A stretch of DNA of 63,329 nt, counting the filler. It is 6 parts of 6 records of this genome, joined end to end, with 100 filler letters (N's around TTAATTAATTAA, not from the genome) between each part and the next. Parts side by side here need not be neighbours in the genome. Positions count along the whole stretch, not along the records: positions 25,129 to 34,654 come from SRR31156797_14495; positions 34,755 to 52,824 come from SRR31156797_14498; 4 more parts are not named here. One strand, given 5' to 3'. The translations under genes were made by a program, and so were the position numbers. Shown here piece by piece: positions 26,697 through 37,046 of the stretch (positions are counted from its first letter, which is position 1; the number at the start of each line of letters is the position of its first letter). Under the pieces are notes generated by a model that saw nothing but the letters and a program-made list of their open reading frames with translations, was not told the origin of the DNA and did no database searches.

Positions 26697-28034
26697 ATGA
26701 ATTGCAGAAAGGTCGTTTGGTTGGAAGGTATGCCCTTGTGTGCCCAGCATTTTCAGCAGCATGACCGTTTTCTTGAAAATCTGATTAATAGCCGGTTTTT
26801 AGGCATACAGCCGTTTAACTGGGGGTTTGAGAACCTGGTCATTGACACCGAACTTTTGGGGATTGGAAAACTGGGTCTCAAAAAATGTTCAGGTATTTTC
26901 CAGGACGGTACGCCTTTTTATTTTCCCGGAGACGAAGAATTGCCCTTGCCTGTGGAAATTCCTGAAGATATCAGCAATGAAATCATTTACCTTGCATTGC
27001 CGGTAAGACGGCCTGACGGTATAGAAACGGACAGTGATGAAAATCCGGAAAGCCTGGCCCGGTACCGGATAAGCGAACGGGATGTGAAAAATAATATTAC
27101 ATTGGGTGGGGACGGCAGGGTCCCTTTATATACCGGCGGATTAAAAACCCGTCTACTTATGGAACGCGATGAACGGTCCGGGTATACATGTATAGGCGTT
27201 GCCAGGATCATTGAGGCCCGGGCGGATAAAAATGTACTGCTGGACGAAAACTATATTCCGTCCAATGTGAATTGTGTTACGACAAAAAGCCTCAAGGGAT
27301 ACATCCTTGAACTGATCGGGCTGCTCAACATCCGTGGCGAGGCAATTGCTGCCCGGATGGGTGGTGAAGACCAAGGTGGGGTTGCCGGAATTTCCGATTT
27401 TTTATTGCTTCAGACAGTCAACCGGTATCAGCAGCTGTTTAAACATTTATCAGCGCTTCCTGAGCTGCATCCGGAACGATTTTATCAGTTTATCATCCAA
27501 TTGTCAGGTGAACTGGTGACGTTTTTTTCCAAAAAAAGACGTCCAAAAGAGTATCCTCCCTATCGCCACAACGACCTTCAGCAGACCTTCTCCCCTGTGA
27601 TGGAAGATCTCAGGCAGTTGTTGGCCAAAGTGTACGAACAAAGAGCGGTACCCATAAAACTCACAGACCCGAAATACAATACATATGCCGCGCGCAGGCC
27701 GGATCCGGGCCTGCTTCAGAGTGCGGTTTTCGTGCTGGCGGCCAAAGCCCGGGTGGATAACAAATCCCTTCAGGAAAATTTACCGAACCAGACCATCATT
27801 GCCCCGGTTGAAACAATCAATGAATACATCAAGTCCCTTACACCCGGCATTGATATTCACCATCTTTCGGTGGTACCCCAAGAACTGCCGTACCACCCTG
27901 GATTTATCTATTTCGAACTAAACACCCAATGTGATTTATGGGATAAAATAATAACATCTGCCGGCATTGCCATTCATATTTCCAGCAATCTTCCCGAACT
28001 TCAGCTGGAGTTTTGGGCGATTAAAAAAGGTTAA
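26697..28034 (+). CDS. tssK: T6SS baseplate subunit TssK
   Basis: KVVWLEGM...QHFQQHDR, GIFQDGTPF, HPERFY, LEFWAI. Confidence 0.95.
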   Translation: MNCRKVVWLEGMPLCAQHFQQHDRFLENLINSRFLGIQPFNWGFENLVIDTELLGIGKLGLKKCSGIFQDGTPFYFPGDEELPLPVEIPEDISNEIIYLALPVRRPDGIETDSDENPESLARYRISERDVKNNITLGGDGRVPLYTGGLKTRLLMERDERSGYTCIGVARIIEARADKNVLLDENYIPSNVNCVTTKSLKGYILELIGLLNIRGEAIAARMGGEDQGGVAGISDFLLLQTVNRYQQLFKHLSALPELHPERFYQFIIQLSGELVTFFSKKRRPKEYPPYRHNDLQQTFSPVMEDLRQLLAKVYEQRAVPIKLTDPKYNTYAARRPDPGLLQSAVFVLAAKARVDNKSLQENLPNQTIIAPVETINEYIKSLTPGIDIHHLSVVPQELPYHPGFIYFELNTQCDLWDKIITSAGIAIHISSNLPELQLEFWAIKKG

Positions 28035-28043
28035 GCTAAGGTT

Positions 28044-29375
28044 ATGAACAGTTCAGATTCTTTTGATTTTGTTGATGACGATAAAACCATTGTCTGTCCC
28101 AGGCCGTCGGGAAGACAGATCCGCCAGGCCATGCAAGAGCCACCCACCTCTCCGGATATTCGGGAAAAGGATATCCAGGCGGCATATCTGGGAAAGTCAA
28201 ATATCTTTATTGCCAATTCATTTGCCCTGTTATCCCTGGTACCTAAAATTCGTAATCTGTCTGTTTATCATAATACCGGGGGATTGTTTCAAAATTTGGT
28301 TGCTGAAATCAAAAAGATTGAATTGCGGTGTTATGAACAGGGGGTGTCCGAGGCTGATGTCCGTGTTTCAAAAATGCTGTTGTGTGCCCTGCTGGATGAA
28401 GCGGTTTTAAATACCCCGTGGGGAAACCAGAGCAACTGGAAATATGAGAACCTGTCTGCGTTTTTCTTTAAACACGTTAACATGGGAAATATCTTTTTTG
28501 AGACTGTTGAAGACCTCAAGCGCCGGCCCAGCCGTAAACTGGAACTGCTTAAATTTGCATATGCCTGTTTGAGCCTGGGATTCCAGGGGAAATACCGTAC
28601 AATGCCCCAGGGGTTCAGCATGCTTGAAGAGGAGCGCGGTGAAATTCATTACCTGATCCAGCAAACCGAAGGGGATGCAGAACGGGACCTGTCCACCCAC
28701 TGGCAGGGACGGCCGGTTAGCAATCCTTTAATTCGCTACGTCCCCTTGTGGGTGGTATCAGCGATGGCAGGACTGTTTCTTCTTGCGGGATTCAGCGGAT
28801 TTCTTTTTGCCATCTCAAAAGCTTCGGATGATGTCTATGACAGGATGGTTGCCATTGGCGCCGAGGCTTTGACGTCGATTCCGGCCCAAAAGGTGGCAAC
28901 GCCGGTCAGGATTCCGGAACCAGCTGATCCTGTGCCGGAAAAAAGGCCGGCCTTTGATGAAAATGAAAGATTCAGAAGATTGCTGTCATTGGAAATTGAC
29001 CAAAATCTTGTCAGTGTGCTGGACGGGCCGATTATCCGCATCCCAAATGCCTTTTTGTCCGGAAAGGATGAAATAAAAAAAGAGCTTTATCCCATTTTTA
29101 CAAAAATTGCGGATGAGGTGAGAAATGACAATTCTCGGATTGATATTTTTGGACATTCGGATAACCAAAGAATCCGATTTTCCATCCGGTTTCCGGATAA
29201 TTATAGTCTTTCGAAAGCACGGGCCCAGAAGGCTGCGCAAATCATAAGAGAGACTCAGCCCTCACTTGCAGACCGACTGACATCCACTGGAATGGCCTAT
29301 GCTGAACCGGTTGTGCCCAATAATTCCAAAGCAAACCGAGCCATCAATCGCCGTATAGAAATTCACATCAGGTAA
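28044..29375 (+). CDS. tssL: T6SS TssL (DotU) with C-terminal OmpA/MotB peptidoglycan-binding domain
   Basis: LCALLDEAVLNTPWG, CLSLGFQGKY, TM helix, GHSDN, LSKARA, NRRIEI. Confidence 0.93.
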   Translation: MNSSDSFDFVDDDKTIVCPRPSGRQIRQAMQEPPTSPDIREKDIQAAYLGKSNIFIANSFALLSLVPKIRNLSVYHNTGGLFQNLVAEIKKIELRCYEQGVSEADVRVSKMLLCALLDEAVLNTPWGNQSNWKYENLSAFFFKHVNMGNIFFETVEDLKRRPSRKLELLKFAYACLSLGFQGKYRTMPQGFSMLEEERGEIHYLIQQTEGDAERDLSTHWQGRPVSNPLIRYVPLWVVSAMAGLFLLAGFSGFLFAISKASDDVYDRMVAIGAEALTSIPAQKVATPVRIPEPADPVPEKRPAFDENERFRRLLSLEIDQNLVSVLDGPIIRIPNAFLSGKDEIKKELYPIFTKIADEVRNDNSRIDIFGHSDNQRIRFSIRFPDNYSLSKARAQKAAQIIRETQPSLADRLTSTGMAYAEPVVPNNSKANRAINRRIEIHIR

Positions 29376-29378
29376 TTC

Positions 29379-32300
29379 ATGAGAATATTAATCAAATTTA
29401 TAAAGAAGCAGAAGTGGCTCATACCATTTCTGGGTATCATCGCGATATGCGTGATGATCTGGTTTGCAGGCCCTTTCTTCGGGTTTGCCGGAATAAGACC
29501 GCTGTCACCTAAATTTAACCGTCTGCTGGTTATGATTTTTCTGGTTGTCATCTGGGCGGTGTATCGTTTGGGGGTGAGAGCCCGGTCCGGAAAAATAGAT
29601 CAGCAGCTCATGGACAAAATGGCTGCGTCTGAGCTGGAAATCGAAGAAAAACAAAAAGAAGAACTCAAGATCCTGCGTCTCAAATTTGAAGAGGCCTTGC
29701 AGAACCTCAAACGTATCAGGTCAAAAAAAGGACGGGATAACCAGTATCTGTATCAATTGCCCTGGTATATCATCATTGGTGCACCCGGATGCGGTAAGAC
29801 CACGCTTCTTATGAATTCCGGGATCACTTCCTCTTTTTCAGACCATATGGAGTTTAAAAATGGTATAAAAGGAGTGGGCGGGACACGAAATTGTGACTGG
29901 CTTTTTACGGATGACGCTATCTTTCTGGACACTGCCGGACGCTATACCACCCAGGACAGCCATCAGGCCGTTGACCAGGCGGCCTGGGAGGGATTTCTCA
30001 AGCTCATCAAGGAATACCGTTCCCGACGGCCGATAAACGGGGTTCTGGTAGCCACAAGCATCTCCGATTTGTTGCGCAAGACCCAAGAGCAAAGGCAACA
30101 GCATGCCAGGGAGGTCCGGCAGCGTATTGAAGAACTGCACGACACGTTAGGAATTCAGCTTCCCATCTACATGATGTTCACAAAATGCGATCTGATTTCC
30201 GGGTTTTCGGATTTTTTTGGTTATTTCCGTCCCCAAGAAAGACAGCAGGTCTGGGGCAGGACATTTGAGGGAAATGACCCTGAACAGACCAATACATTTA
30301 TTGCCGGATTTGACAACGATTATGAGGCACTGCTGGGCCGGTTGAACCGGATGACCCTGGGCCGGGTTCATGAAGAACCGGATATCAGGCGCCGCAGCCT
30401 GATTTTGGATTTTCCCAGGCAAATGGCTTTGATCAAGCCGGCAATTATGGATTTTATCCACCGGACGTTTGATTCCAGCCGTTTTGAGCGACCGTTACTG
30501 ACACGCGGCATCTATTTTACCAGTGCGACCCAGGAAGGTACGCCCATTGACCGGATCATGGGAATTTTATCAAAAACTTACGGTCTGGATGAACAGGCTG
30601 TACCCGTATACAGCGGTGAGGGTAAAAGCTATTTTATCTATGACTTGCTGGATAAAGTGATTTTTCCTGAATCTGAAATGGCCGGTGCAGACCCCCGTGT
30701 GGAATATCGGAAACGATGGTTTAAATATTTGGCGTACGGGGCGGTTATTGTGGCAACATCGCTTATCTTCATAGCCTGGATGATAAGCTTTATGAACAAT
30801 AAAAGCTATCTTGTTGAGGTTGGGAATGTTATTTCTGGATATGAAGATATTTCCGGTACAGTAAACGACTGGGAAAGCGGGGTGAAAAATCTGCATGAGA
30901 AGCTGACATTGTTCAAATTAGCTGGCCGAATCCAGGAAAATGATTCCAAATGGATGGGCATGGGGTTGGATCAGCGCGCCAAAGTTAATAACCAGATTGA
31001 CCGGTCCTATGAAAAATTATTAAAAGGGCAGCTTCTTCCTGTCATCGTCACAAGGCTTGAACAGCGCCTGGTTGGCAGCATTGATCAATTCAGTGTCAGG
31101 GATCATGGCAAAACCAGTGATCTTTATAATCTGCTGAAAGTTTACCTGATGCTGGAACGCCGTTCGCCGGAACAAAGAAAAGAAGATCTTGATCTGGCCA
31201 TAGAAAAAATAGGTAAAGACTGGGACAAAAATTTCCAAAGAGAACCGGAACAGTTCAGGGCGGATTATAGGACGCATATAAAAGATCTGCTTTTATCCGA
31301 TTTCCAATGGGAACTTAAGCCCTTGAATGAGAAACTGATCGCCGCTGCACGGGAAAAACTCAATTCAGTACCGTTATACAAACAAATATACAATCAGCTG
31401 AAAAGTGAATATCTGCCGGTTAAAAAATACAATTTTCAGGTAGAAGATATTCAGTATATTGAACAGATTTTTGGTCCCTCAATCCTTAAAATGTCCATAC
31501 CCGGATTGTATACGGCCATCGGATACGACGAAATTTTCAACAAACAGGGAACCGGATTTATTGAAAACGCCATAAATCAGAACTGGGTGCTGAAAAATGC
31601 AGATGCTGAAAAAGGCACTGGCGATACCAAGATATTGTACGATAACCTTCAGCGGGTTTATTTTATTGACTATATCCAAAAATGGGCCTTTTTATTGAAC
31701 AAATTGTCCATCACTCCGTCAAAAGATGTACATCACGCCAATAAAATGCTGCACCGCCTTACCAGCAGCAGGGAAAATCCCTTGAAACAGCTACTCAAAA
31801 AAATTGAAACAAACACCGCTTTTTTAGAGAACAGTGCACCTTTTTCTGAAGAATTGTCAAATAATATCAAGCAATTCAAGCGACTTAATGAATTAATCAA
31901 GGAAAGTGGGGAAGAACCGCCGCTGCTGGATGAAATCATAACAAGGCTTGAAAAACTGCGGGATTTAATGGACCGGTATGATGCTTCAGAAGTCGCGCTT
32001 GATGATTTAAAAAAACGCATACGCAGCGGCGGCGATTTAATCACGTCTACCCGCAAGTATGCGGAACAGCTTCCCGATCCGTTTAATGAATGGCTCTCCT
32101 CATTGGCTGCATCGGCCAGGAAAACCATGCTCAAGTCTGCAAAATTGGAACTCAACAGTATATGGAAAGCAGATGTGGTGGCACCATTCAAGGAAACGCT
32201 TTCCGGGCGCTATCCGTTGTCAAAAACCAGCTCAGAAGATGTCTCTTTGGATGATTTTAACCGGTTTTTTCAGCCAAATGGCATCATTGATACCTTTTTA

Positions 32301-32840
32301 AAGGAACATATCAAGCCTCTTTCCAATGTCGGCTGGGAGGAGAAGATCATAGATAATAAAAAATTAGGGATATTGTCAGCTGTCAGTTTGGAACAGTTTA
32401 AACGGTCTGAACGAATCAGGCAGATATATTTTATGGGAAACCGGACGCCCTTTATTAAATTTGAACTGAAACCTGAATTACTGGATGCGTCGGCCAAAGA
32501 ATTCCAATTGACTATCGGGGGGAAAACCATCAGGTACAGCCATGGACGGTCACGGACCGAAAAATTTCAGTGGCCGGAACCGGACAATTCACCGGTTCCT
32601 GTGGTTGCGTGGGGGGTTAAAACGTTTGACGGCAATATTTTTCAGGATCGCAAAGAAGGGCCCTGGGCCTGGTTTCGTGCGCTTGACAGTGTCAGGCTGA
32701 CCCGAAAAGGGAAAAACAGGTTTATCATAACATTCACGGTAAACGGACATGACGCCCGATACCGAATGGTTGCCGGAAGCGTTGTGAACCCGTTTGGCTC
32801 AACTGAACTGCAGGCGTTTCACTGCCCGGGGGTTTTATGA
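29379..32840 (+). CDS. tssM: T6SS membrane complex subunit TssM (IcmF)
   Basis: LYQLPWYIIIGAPGCGKT, GTRNCDW, DTAGRYTTQDS, RGIYFTSATQEG, GPWAWFR. Confidence 0.96.
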   Translation: MRILIKFIKKQKWLIPFLGIIAICVMIWFAGPFFGFAGIRPLSPKFNRLLVMIFLVVIWAVYRLGVRARSGKIDQQLMDKMAASELEIEEKQKEELKILRLKFEEALQNLKRIRSKKGRDNQYLYQLPWYIIIGAPGCGKTTLLMNSGITSSFSDHMEFKNGIKGVGGTRNCDWLFTDDAIFLDTAGRYTTQDSHQAVDQAAWEGFLKLIKEYRSRRPINGVLVATSISDLLRKTQEQRQQHAREVRQRIEELHDTLGIQLPIYMMFTKCDLISGFSDFFGYFRPQERQQVWGRTFEGNDPEQTNTFIAGFDNDYEALLGRLNRMTLGRVHEEPDIRRRSLILDFPRQMALIKPAIMDFIHRTFDSSRFERPLLTRGIYFTSATQEGTPIDRIMGILSKTYGLDEQAVPVYSGEGKSYFIYDLLDKVIFPESEMAGADPRVEYRKRWFKYLAYGAVIVATSLIFIAWMISFMNNKSYLVEVGNVISGYEDISGTVNDWESGVKNLHEKLTLFKLAGRIQENDSKWMGMGLDQRAKVNNQIDRSYEKLLKGQLLPVIVTRLEQRLVGSIDQFSVRDHGKTSDLYNLLKVYLMLERRSPEQRKEDLDLAIEKIGKDWDKNFQREPEQFRADYRTHIKDLLLSDFQWELKPLNEKLIAAAREKLNSVPLYKQIYNQLKSEYLPVKKYNFQVEDIQYIEQIFGPSILKMSIPGLYTAIGYDEIFNKQGTGFIENAINQNWVLKNADAEKGTGDTKILYDNLQRVYFIDYIQKWAFLLNKLSITPSKDVHHANKMLHRLTSSRENPLKQLLKKIETNTAFLENSAPFSEELSNNIKQFKRLNELIKESGEEPPLLDEIITRLEKLRDLMDRYDASEVALDDLKKRIRSGGDLITSTRKYAEQLPDPFNEWLSSLAASARKTMLKSAKLELNSIWKADVVAPFKETLSGRYPLSKTSSEDVSLDDFNRFFQPNGIIDTFLKEHIKPLSNVGWEEKIIDNKKLGILSAVSLEQFKRSERIRQIYFMGNRTPFIKFELKPELLDASAKEFQLTIGGKTIRYSHGRSRTEKFQWPEPDNSPVPVVAWGVKTFDGNIFQDRKEGPWAWFRALDSVRLTRKGKNRFIITFTVNGHDARYRMVAGSVVNPFGSTELQAFHCPGVL

Positions 32841-33550
32841 GTTGTGCAGAAAACAAATTGGGGATGTACGGTAAGATCCCTATATTAGGGGATTTTGTTT
32901 CCCGGGGGCTGCCCGCAGATTTTATTCAATTCTGGGATGCATGGCTCCAGGATTCGATTTCCAAAAGCCAGCAGATTTTGGGTAGCGGATGGCTGGATAT
33001 TTTTTTGACCAGTCCCATTTGGCGGTTCATGCTGAGTCCTGGGGTTTGTGGAAAAAAGGCATGGGCCGGGGTTCTGATCCCAAGTGTTGACAGGGTTGGG
33101 CGATATTTCCCCCTGACCCTGGCCGCATCAGTACCGGAAAATACAGCTATTCCCCTGTGGCTGGACCAGGCAGGGGAATGGTTTGAGGCTGTCGAGCAAA
33201 TGGCACTTTCAGGCCTGCAGAATGATTTTGATATGACACAGTTTGATGAGGGGCGTCACCGTATCTGCTTTCCTGCCACTGGGCCGCATCTTGGCAGCCA
33301 AAACAATCTGCATGGGGGACTGTATGTTGAAATGGGAACCATGGGGGGGACGGTACAGGCACTAGCAAATTTAAGTAGTGGTCTTATGGACAAATTTATG
33401 GCACAATACAGTATGTGGAGCACTGGCGGTTCCGAATTCGTCAGTCCATGCCTGCGGGTCTATGAGCCCATGCCGCCGGCATCTGCATATTCCACATTCC
33501 TGACCGATGGAACAGGCATCAAAAGGGAGAACAACATTGAGCCGAATTGA
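32837..33550 (+). CDS. tagF: T6SS-associated protein TagF (ImpM)
   Basis: GKIP..GDFVSR, PIWRF, PSVDRVGRYFPL. Confidence 0.93.
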   Translation: MSCAENKLGMYGKIPILGDFVSRGLPADFIQFWDAWLQDSISKSQQILGSGWLDIFLTSPIWRFMLSPGVCGKKAWAGVLIPSVDRVGRYFPLTLAASVPENTAIPLWLDQAGEWFEAVEQMALSGLQNDFDMTQFDEGRHRICFPATGPHLGSQNNLHGGLYVEMGTMGGTVQALANLSSGLMDKFMAQYSMWSTGGSEFVSPCLRVYEPMPPASAYSTFLTDGTGIKRENNIEPN

Positions 33551-34604
33551 TCTGAAAAATCTGTTGAAAGAAATCTCTCCTGAAGCCCCTTCGGGAGAGG
33601 AAGCGTCTTCTAATGATCTGTTTGGGCTTTCGCAAAGTACTGAAATAAAAAAAGATCCCAATGGAAAGGTGTTGAGTAAACCCAACTGGAAAGATGTGCA
33701 CAAAACGGCACTGGAACTGCTGGGGAAAACCCATGACTTCAGAATTGCGGTTATCCTGGCCAGGGCGTCGATCGCAGTACAGGGTTTTGCAGGTTTATAT
33801 GATGCCTTGAGACTGATACGGGGATTTGTTGAGGCATACTGGGATACGGTTTATCCCCTGCTGGATGCTGAAAATAACAATGATCCCACGCAACGGATCA
33901 GTATATTGTGGGAGATCAATGATGATAATCGTTTTATCACTCCCATCATGAAAATCCCCTTATGCCATTCCACGAAAATGGGGCGTTATGGATTGCGTCA
34001 TATTTATATTGCAAACCAAACAATAAAATCGGTCACAACGGCTGAAGATGAGGAACAGGAAAAGCCGGATATGAAAGTGATTGATGCGGCTTTTAAGGAT
34101 ACTGATCCTGAAATCTTGCGTAAAACACAAAGTGACGTCGATAATGTTCTCAAAGAGGTCAAGACCCTCAAACGCGTATTGGATGAAAAAGTCGGATCAG
34201 ACAATTCCGTTAAATTTGACGAATTGCTTAAGGTGTTGAACAATATTGACAAAATTATGGCAGACCGGGCTGGAAAGATCCCCAAAGTATCAGGTGCGCA
34301 AAGCAAGGATGACAATTTAAAGATTTTGGAACCGGCACAGCCTGACCCGGCCGGTGTTTCCATGAATCCGGAAACAATAAACGGCAGGAGCGATATTGTC
34401 CGGATGCTGGATCTGATTTGTGAGTATTATGCCGAAAATGAGCCTGCCAGCCCTGTGCCTCTCCTGCTGAAACGTGCCGGCAGGCTGGTGGAAAAAAATT
34501 TTATCGAAATTTTGGAGGATATTGCCCCTGACGGCGTAAATCAGATTCAAAACCTAGTGGGTGCATCAGTGGAACCGGAACCGGAAAAAGAAAAATCCAA
34601 ATAA
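33537..34604 (+). CDS. tssA: T6SS TssA (ImpA family)
   Basis: LLKEISPEAPSG, NWKDV, THDFRI, YWDTVYPLLD, EPASPVPLLLKRA; TTG start at 33537 after a GGGAG RBS. Confidence 0.92.
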   Translation: MSRIDLKNLLKEISPEAPSGEEASSNDLFGLSQSTEIKKDPNGKVLSKPNWKDVHKTALELLGKTHDFRIAVILARASIAVQGFAGLYDALRLIRGFVEAYWDTVYPLLDAENNNDPTQRISILWEINDDNRFITPIMKIPLCHSTKMGRYGLRHIYIANQTIKSVTTAEDEEQEKPDMKVIDAAFKDTDPEILRKTQSDVDNVLKEVKTLKRVLDEKVGSDNSVKFDELLKVLNNIDKIMADRAGKIPKVSGAQSKDDNLKILEPAQPDPAGVSMNPETINGRSDIVRMLDLICEYYAENEPASPVPLLLKRAGRLVEKNFIEILEDIAPDGVNQIQNLVGASVEPEPEKEKSK

Positions 34605-34654
34605 CGGCCATGGGCCGACCTGGGCTTTCACCGAGGTTAGGCCACAACAAATCA

Positions 34655-34754
34655 NNNNNNNNNNNNNNNNNNNNNNNNNNNNNNNNNNNNNNNNNNNNTT
34701 AATTAATTAANNNNNNNNNNNNNNNNNNNNNNNNNNNNNNNNNNNNNNNNNNNN
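34655..34754. other. Artificial contig spacer
   Basis: N44-TTAATTAATTAA-N44. Confidence 0.98.
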
Positions 34755-34854
34755 TACGCATCTGGAGCACTGCTGAACAGTTACGAAAAGTATATCTAAA
34801 CCTCTCACATTTCGGCCTGATTATGCGAGAAACCCTATGCATTTTTGGGGTCCA

Positions 34855-36270
34855 TCATCGAGCCAATTTGCTTTGTTGATATCTGCAAGCCGCACGAAGC
34901 AGCCCTTCTGCCCAAAGCGGGGTTCCTGGAGCAAGTACATGGGTATACATCGCCAGCACATTGTTCTTCTTTAACCCATCCCGCCCATTGATAAAGCCAG
35001 TCCCCCTTCCCATCTTCAATACCAGGTCATCATCTGTACCGTCCCACTGCTCCACGGTGGAATACCTGAACTCATGCCCTTTAATCTCCGTACCAACAGG
35101 GTAAAAACTATTTTCTCCATCAACGCTAAATGCAGAATACCCATGTGCCTGCGGCTTAGCAGACAACCCAAAGTCAACCGGAAAGACACCGGTTAAGGGA
35201 TATTGTTGTCCCTCCATTCGAATGGAGCGTCCTAAGTAAATAAGCCCACCGCACTCGGCATAAATGGGTAGACCTGCTTCTGCGGCCTTACGAATGGCTT
35301 CACGAAAAGAGATATTCTCTGCTAACTGTCGGGCACTGGTCTCGGGAAATCCGCCTCCAATATATAAGCCGTCAAGGGTATCAGGGAGAGATGTGCTGGA
35401 GATGGCATCAATGGTCACCAACTGAGCCCCTTGCTTTTTCAACATCTCAAGGTTCTCCTCATAGTAAAACTGAAATGCCATATCCCGCAGCACCCCGATA
35501 ACGACGTCTCTTTTTGTGCTTACATCAGCTGAGGGCTCTGGCACAGCAGACACCGGTGTCCGGTGCATGGCAGCGGTAACTGCATCAAGGTCAAAGTGGG
35601 TGCGAACAAGATCCGCCAGCGAGCAGACTGCCCCCTCAGCGTCTTCGTATTCCTGAAGCGGTGTAACACCCAAGTGGCGCATGGGAAAGACATCCTGCTT
35701 CAACCTAGGCATAACTCCCAGCACAGACAGAGGGGTATATTTTTCAATGGTTTGCCGAATAATGGATTCATGGCGCGGGGTAGCTATTTGGTTAAGAATG
35801 ACTCCGGCAAAGCGGACATTATCATCAAAAGCGCAACAACCAAGAACCAACGCTCCGATGGTTCGAGTGGTCTTAGAACAGTTCACCACCAACAGCACCG
35901 GTTGATCCAGCTGTTTGGCAAGGGTCGCAGTGGAAAACTGCCCCTCTGCATTGACCCCGTCATAGAGGCCTCGGTTGCCTTCGATGATTGCATAGTCGCT
36001 CTGCCCCAAATGAGCATGGAAGCTATGCTGAACACTTTCGACAGACATAAGATAAGGATCCAGATTATAACACGGGGTCTTTGCTGCGGCTGTCAGCCAG
36101 CCGGCATCAATGTAATCAGGGCCTTTTTTAAACGGAACCACCGACGCCCCCTGATCAAGCAGGGCACGGGTCAAGCCGACACTAACCATTGATTTCCCGG
36201 AACCACCGCTTAACCCGGCAACAATAAGACTCTTTACTTCACGGTATTTTACAGTGGCAGAAGATTGCAT
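34855..36270 (-). CDS. Cobyrinate a,c-diamide synthase family amidotransferase (CbiA/DsrN; likely DsrN-type)
   Basis: GGSGKS, FKKGPDYID, EGNRGLYDG, RHLG, GGGFPE, YAECGG, GHEFRYS. Confidence 0.88.
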   Translation of the reverse strand: MQSSATVKYREVKSLIVAGLSGGSGKSMVSVGLTRALLDQGASVVPFKKGPDYIDAGWLTAAAKTPCYNLDPYLMSVESVQHSFHAHLGQSDYAIIEGNRGLYDGVNAEGQFSTATLAKQLDQPVLLVVNCSKTTRTIGALVLGCCAFDDNVRFAGVILNQIATPRHESIIRQTIEKYTPLSVLGVMPRLKQDVFPMRHLGVTPLQEYEDAEGAVCSLADLVRTHFDLDAVTAAMHRTPVSAVPEPSADVSTKRDVVIGVLRDMAFQFYYEENLEMLKKQGAQLVTIDAISSTSLPDTLDGLYIGGGFPETSARQLAENISFREAIRKAAEAGLPIYAECGGLIYLGRSIRMEGQQYPLTGVFPVDFGLSAKPQAHGYSAFSVDGENSFYPVGTEIKGHEFRYSTVEQWDGTDDDLVLKMGRGTGFINGRDGLKKNNVLAMYTHVLAPGTPLWAEGLLRAACRYQQSKLAR

Positions 36271-36350
36271 AACAAGACATGTAATAATGGTAAAATTAGA
36301 CTAAAATATCATGATATTGGGTAAGAAAACAGGCCATTGAAAAATACCCA

Positions 36351-37046
36351 TCAGGACAACGGTATTTCCTTATCATCGTGGGATTCTTGCCCGACCTCAT
36401 TCCAGACAAGGTGGTAAAGATTATTGAGTTGCATTTCCAACATTTGACGATACTCTTCTACCCGCTCCCCGTTAATATCTGCAGGAATGCTTAAAGGGTC
36501 TCCATATCGTACAAAAATTGTCGAAAAAGGTAGGGGGACCACTGTTTGGTCCCAGCTTTTAAAGGCAAAATAACGGCTGGCTGACCAGACAATCGGCAAG
36601 ATAGGGGCCCCAGATTTACTCGCCACCAGGATACAGCCTGCCTGGGCCTGCCTTGCCGGTCCCTGTGAACCGTCGGCGACAATTGCTGCATTATGGCCGC
36701 GTTGCACCTCTGTTATAAGAGCACGCAACGCCCTTATGCCAAACCGGTTGGATGAACCTCGTACGGGGATGTGCCCCATGAGTCTGGCGACTTCGGCGAT
36801 ATATTCGCCGTCACGACTAGCACTGACCATGGCAGCTGAAGGAAATTTTCTGAGATAATAGAACAAATAGGCAAAGGAATAATGCCAGAACACAGCAACG
36901 GCAGCTGGCGCCGCAGCACACTTTTCAAGGTGTTCTTCCCCAGTAACGCGCACATTGCATGTTCCAAACCATACCCTGGTTAACCCGACAAAAATCCAGG
37001 GAACTACACGTATTGATACTCGGTACCAAAAATCAGCCAACTTCAA
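36351..37046 (-). CDS. Lysophospholipid acyltransferase family protein (DUF374)
   Basis: [31 protein letters not shown]. Confidence 0.85.
   Translation of the reverse strand: MKLADFWYRVSIRVVPWIFVGLTRVWFGTCNVRVTGEEHLEKCAAAPAAVAVFWHYSFAYLFYYLRKFPSAAMVSASRDGEYIAEVARLMGHIPVRGSSNRFGIRALRALITEVQRGHNAAIVADGSQGPARQAQAGCILVASKSGAPILPIVWSASRYFAFKSWDQTVVPLPFSTIFVRYGDPLSIPADINGERVEEYRQMLEMQLNNLYHLVWNEVGQESHDDKEIPLS

Noticed and set aside
34773-34784. CTGAACAGTTAC near the contig start as a MITE/IS end
   Set aside because: Only one 12-bp copy is visible with no partner or transposase; cannot be supported from this window
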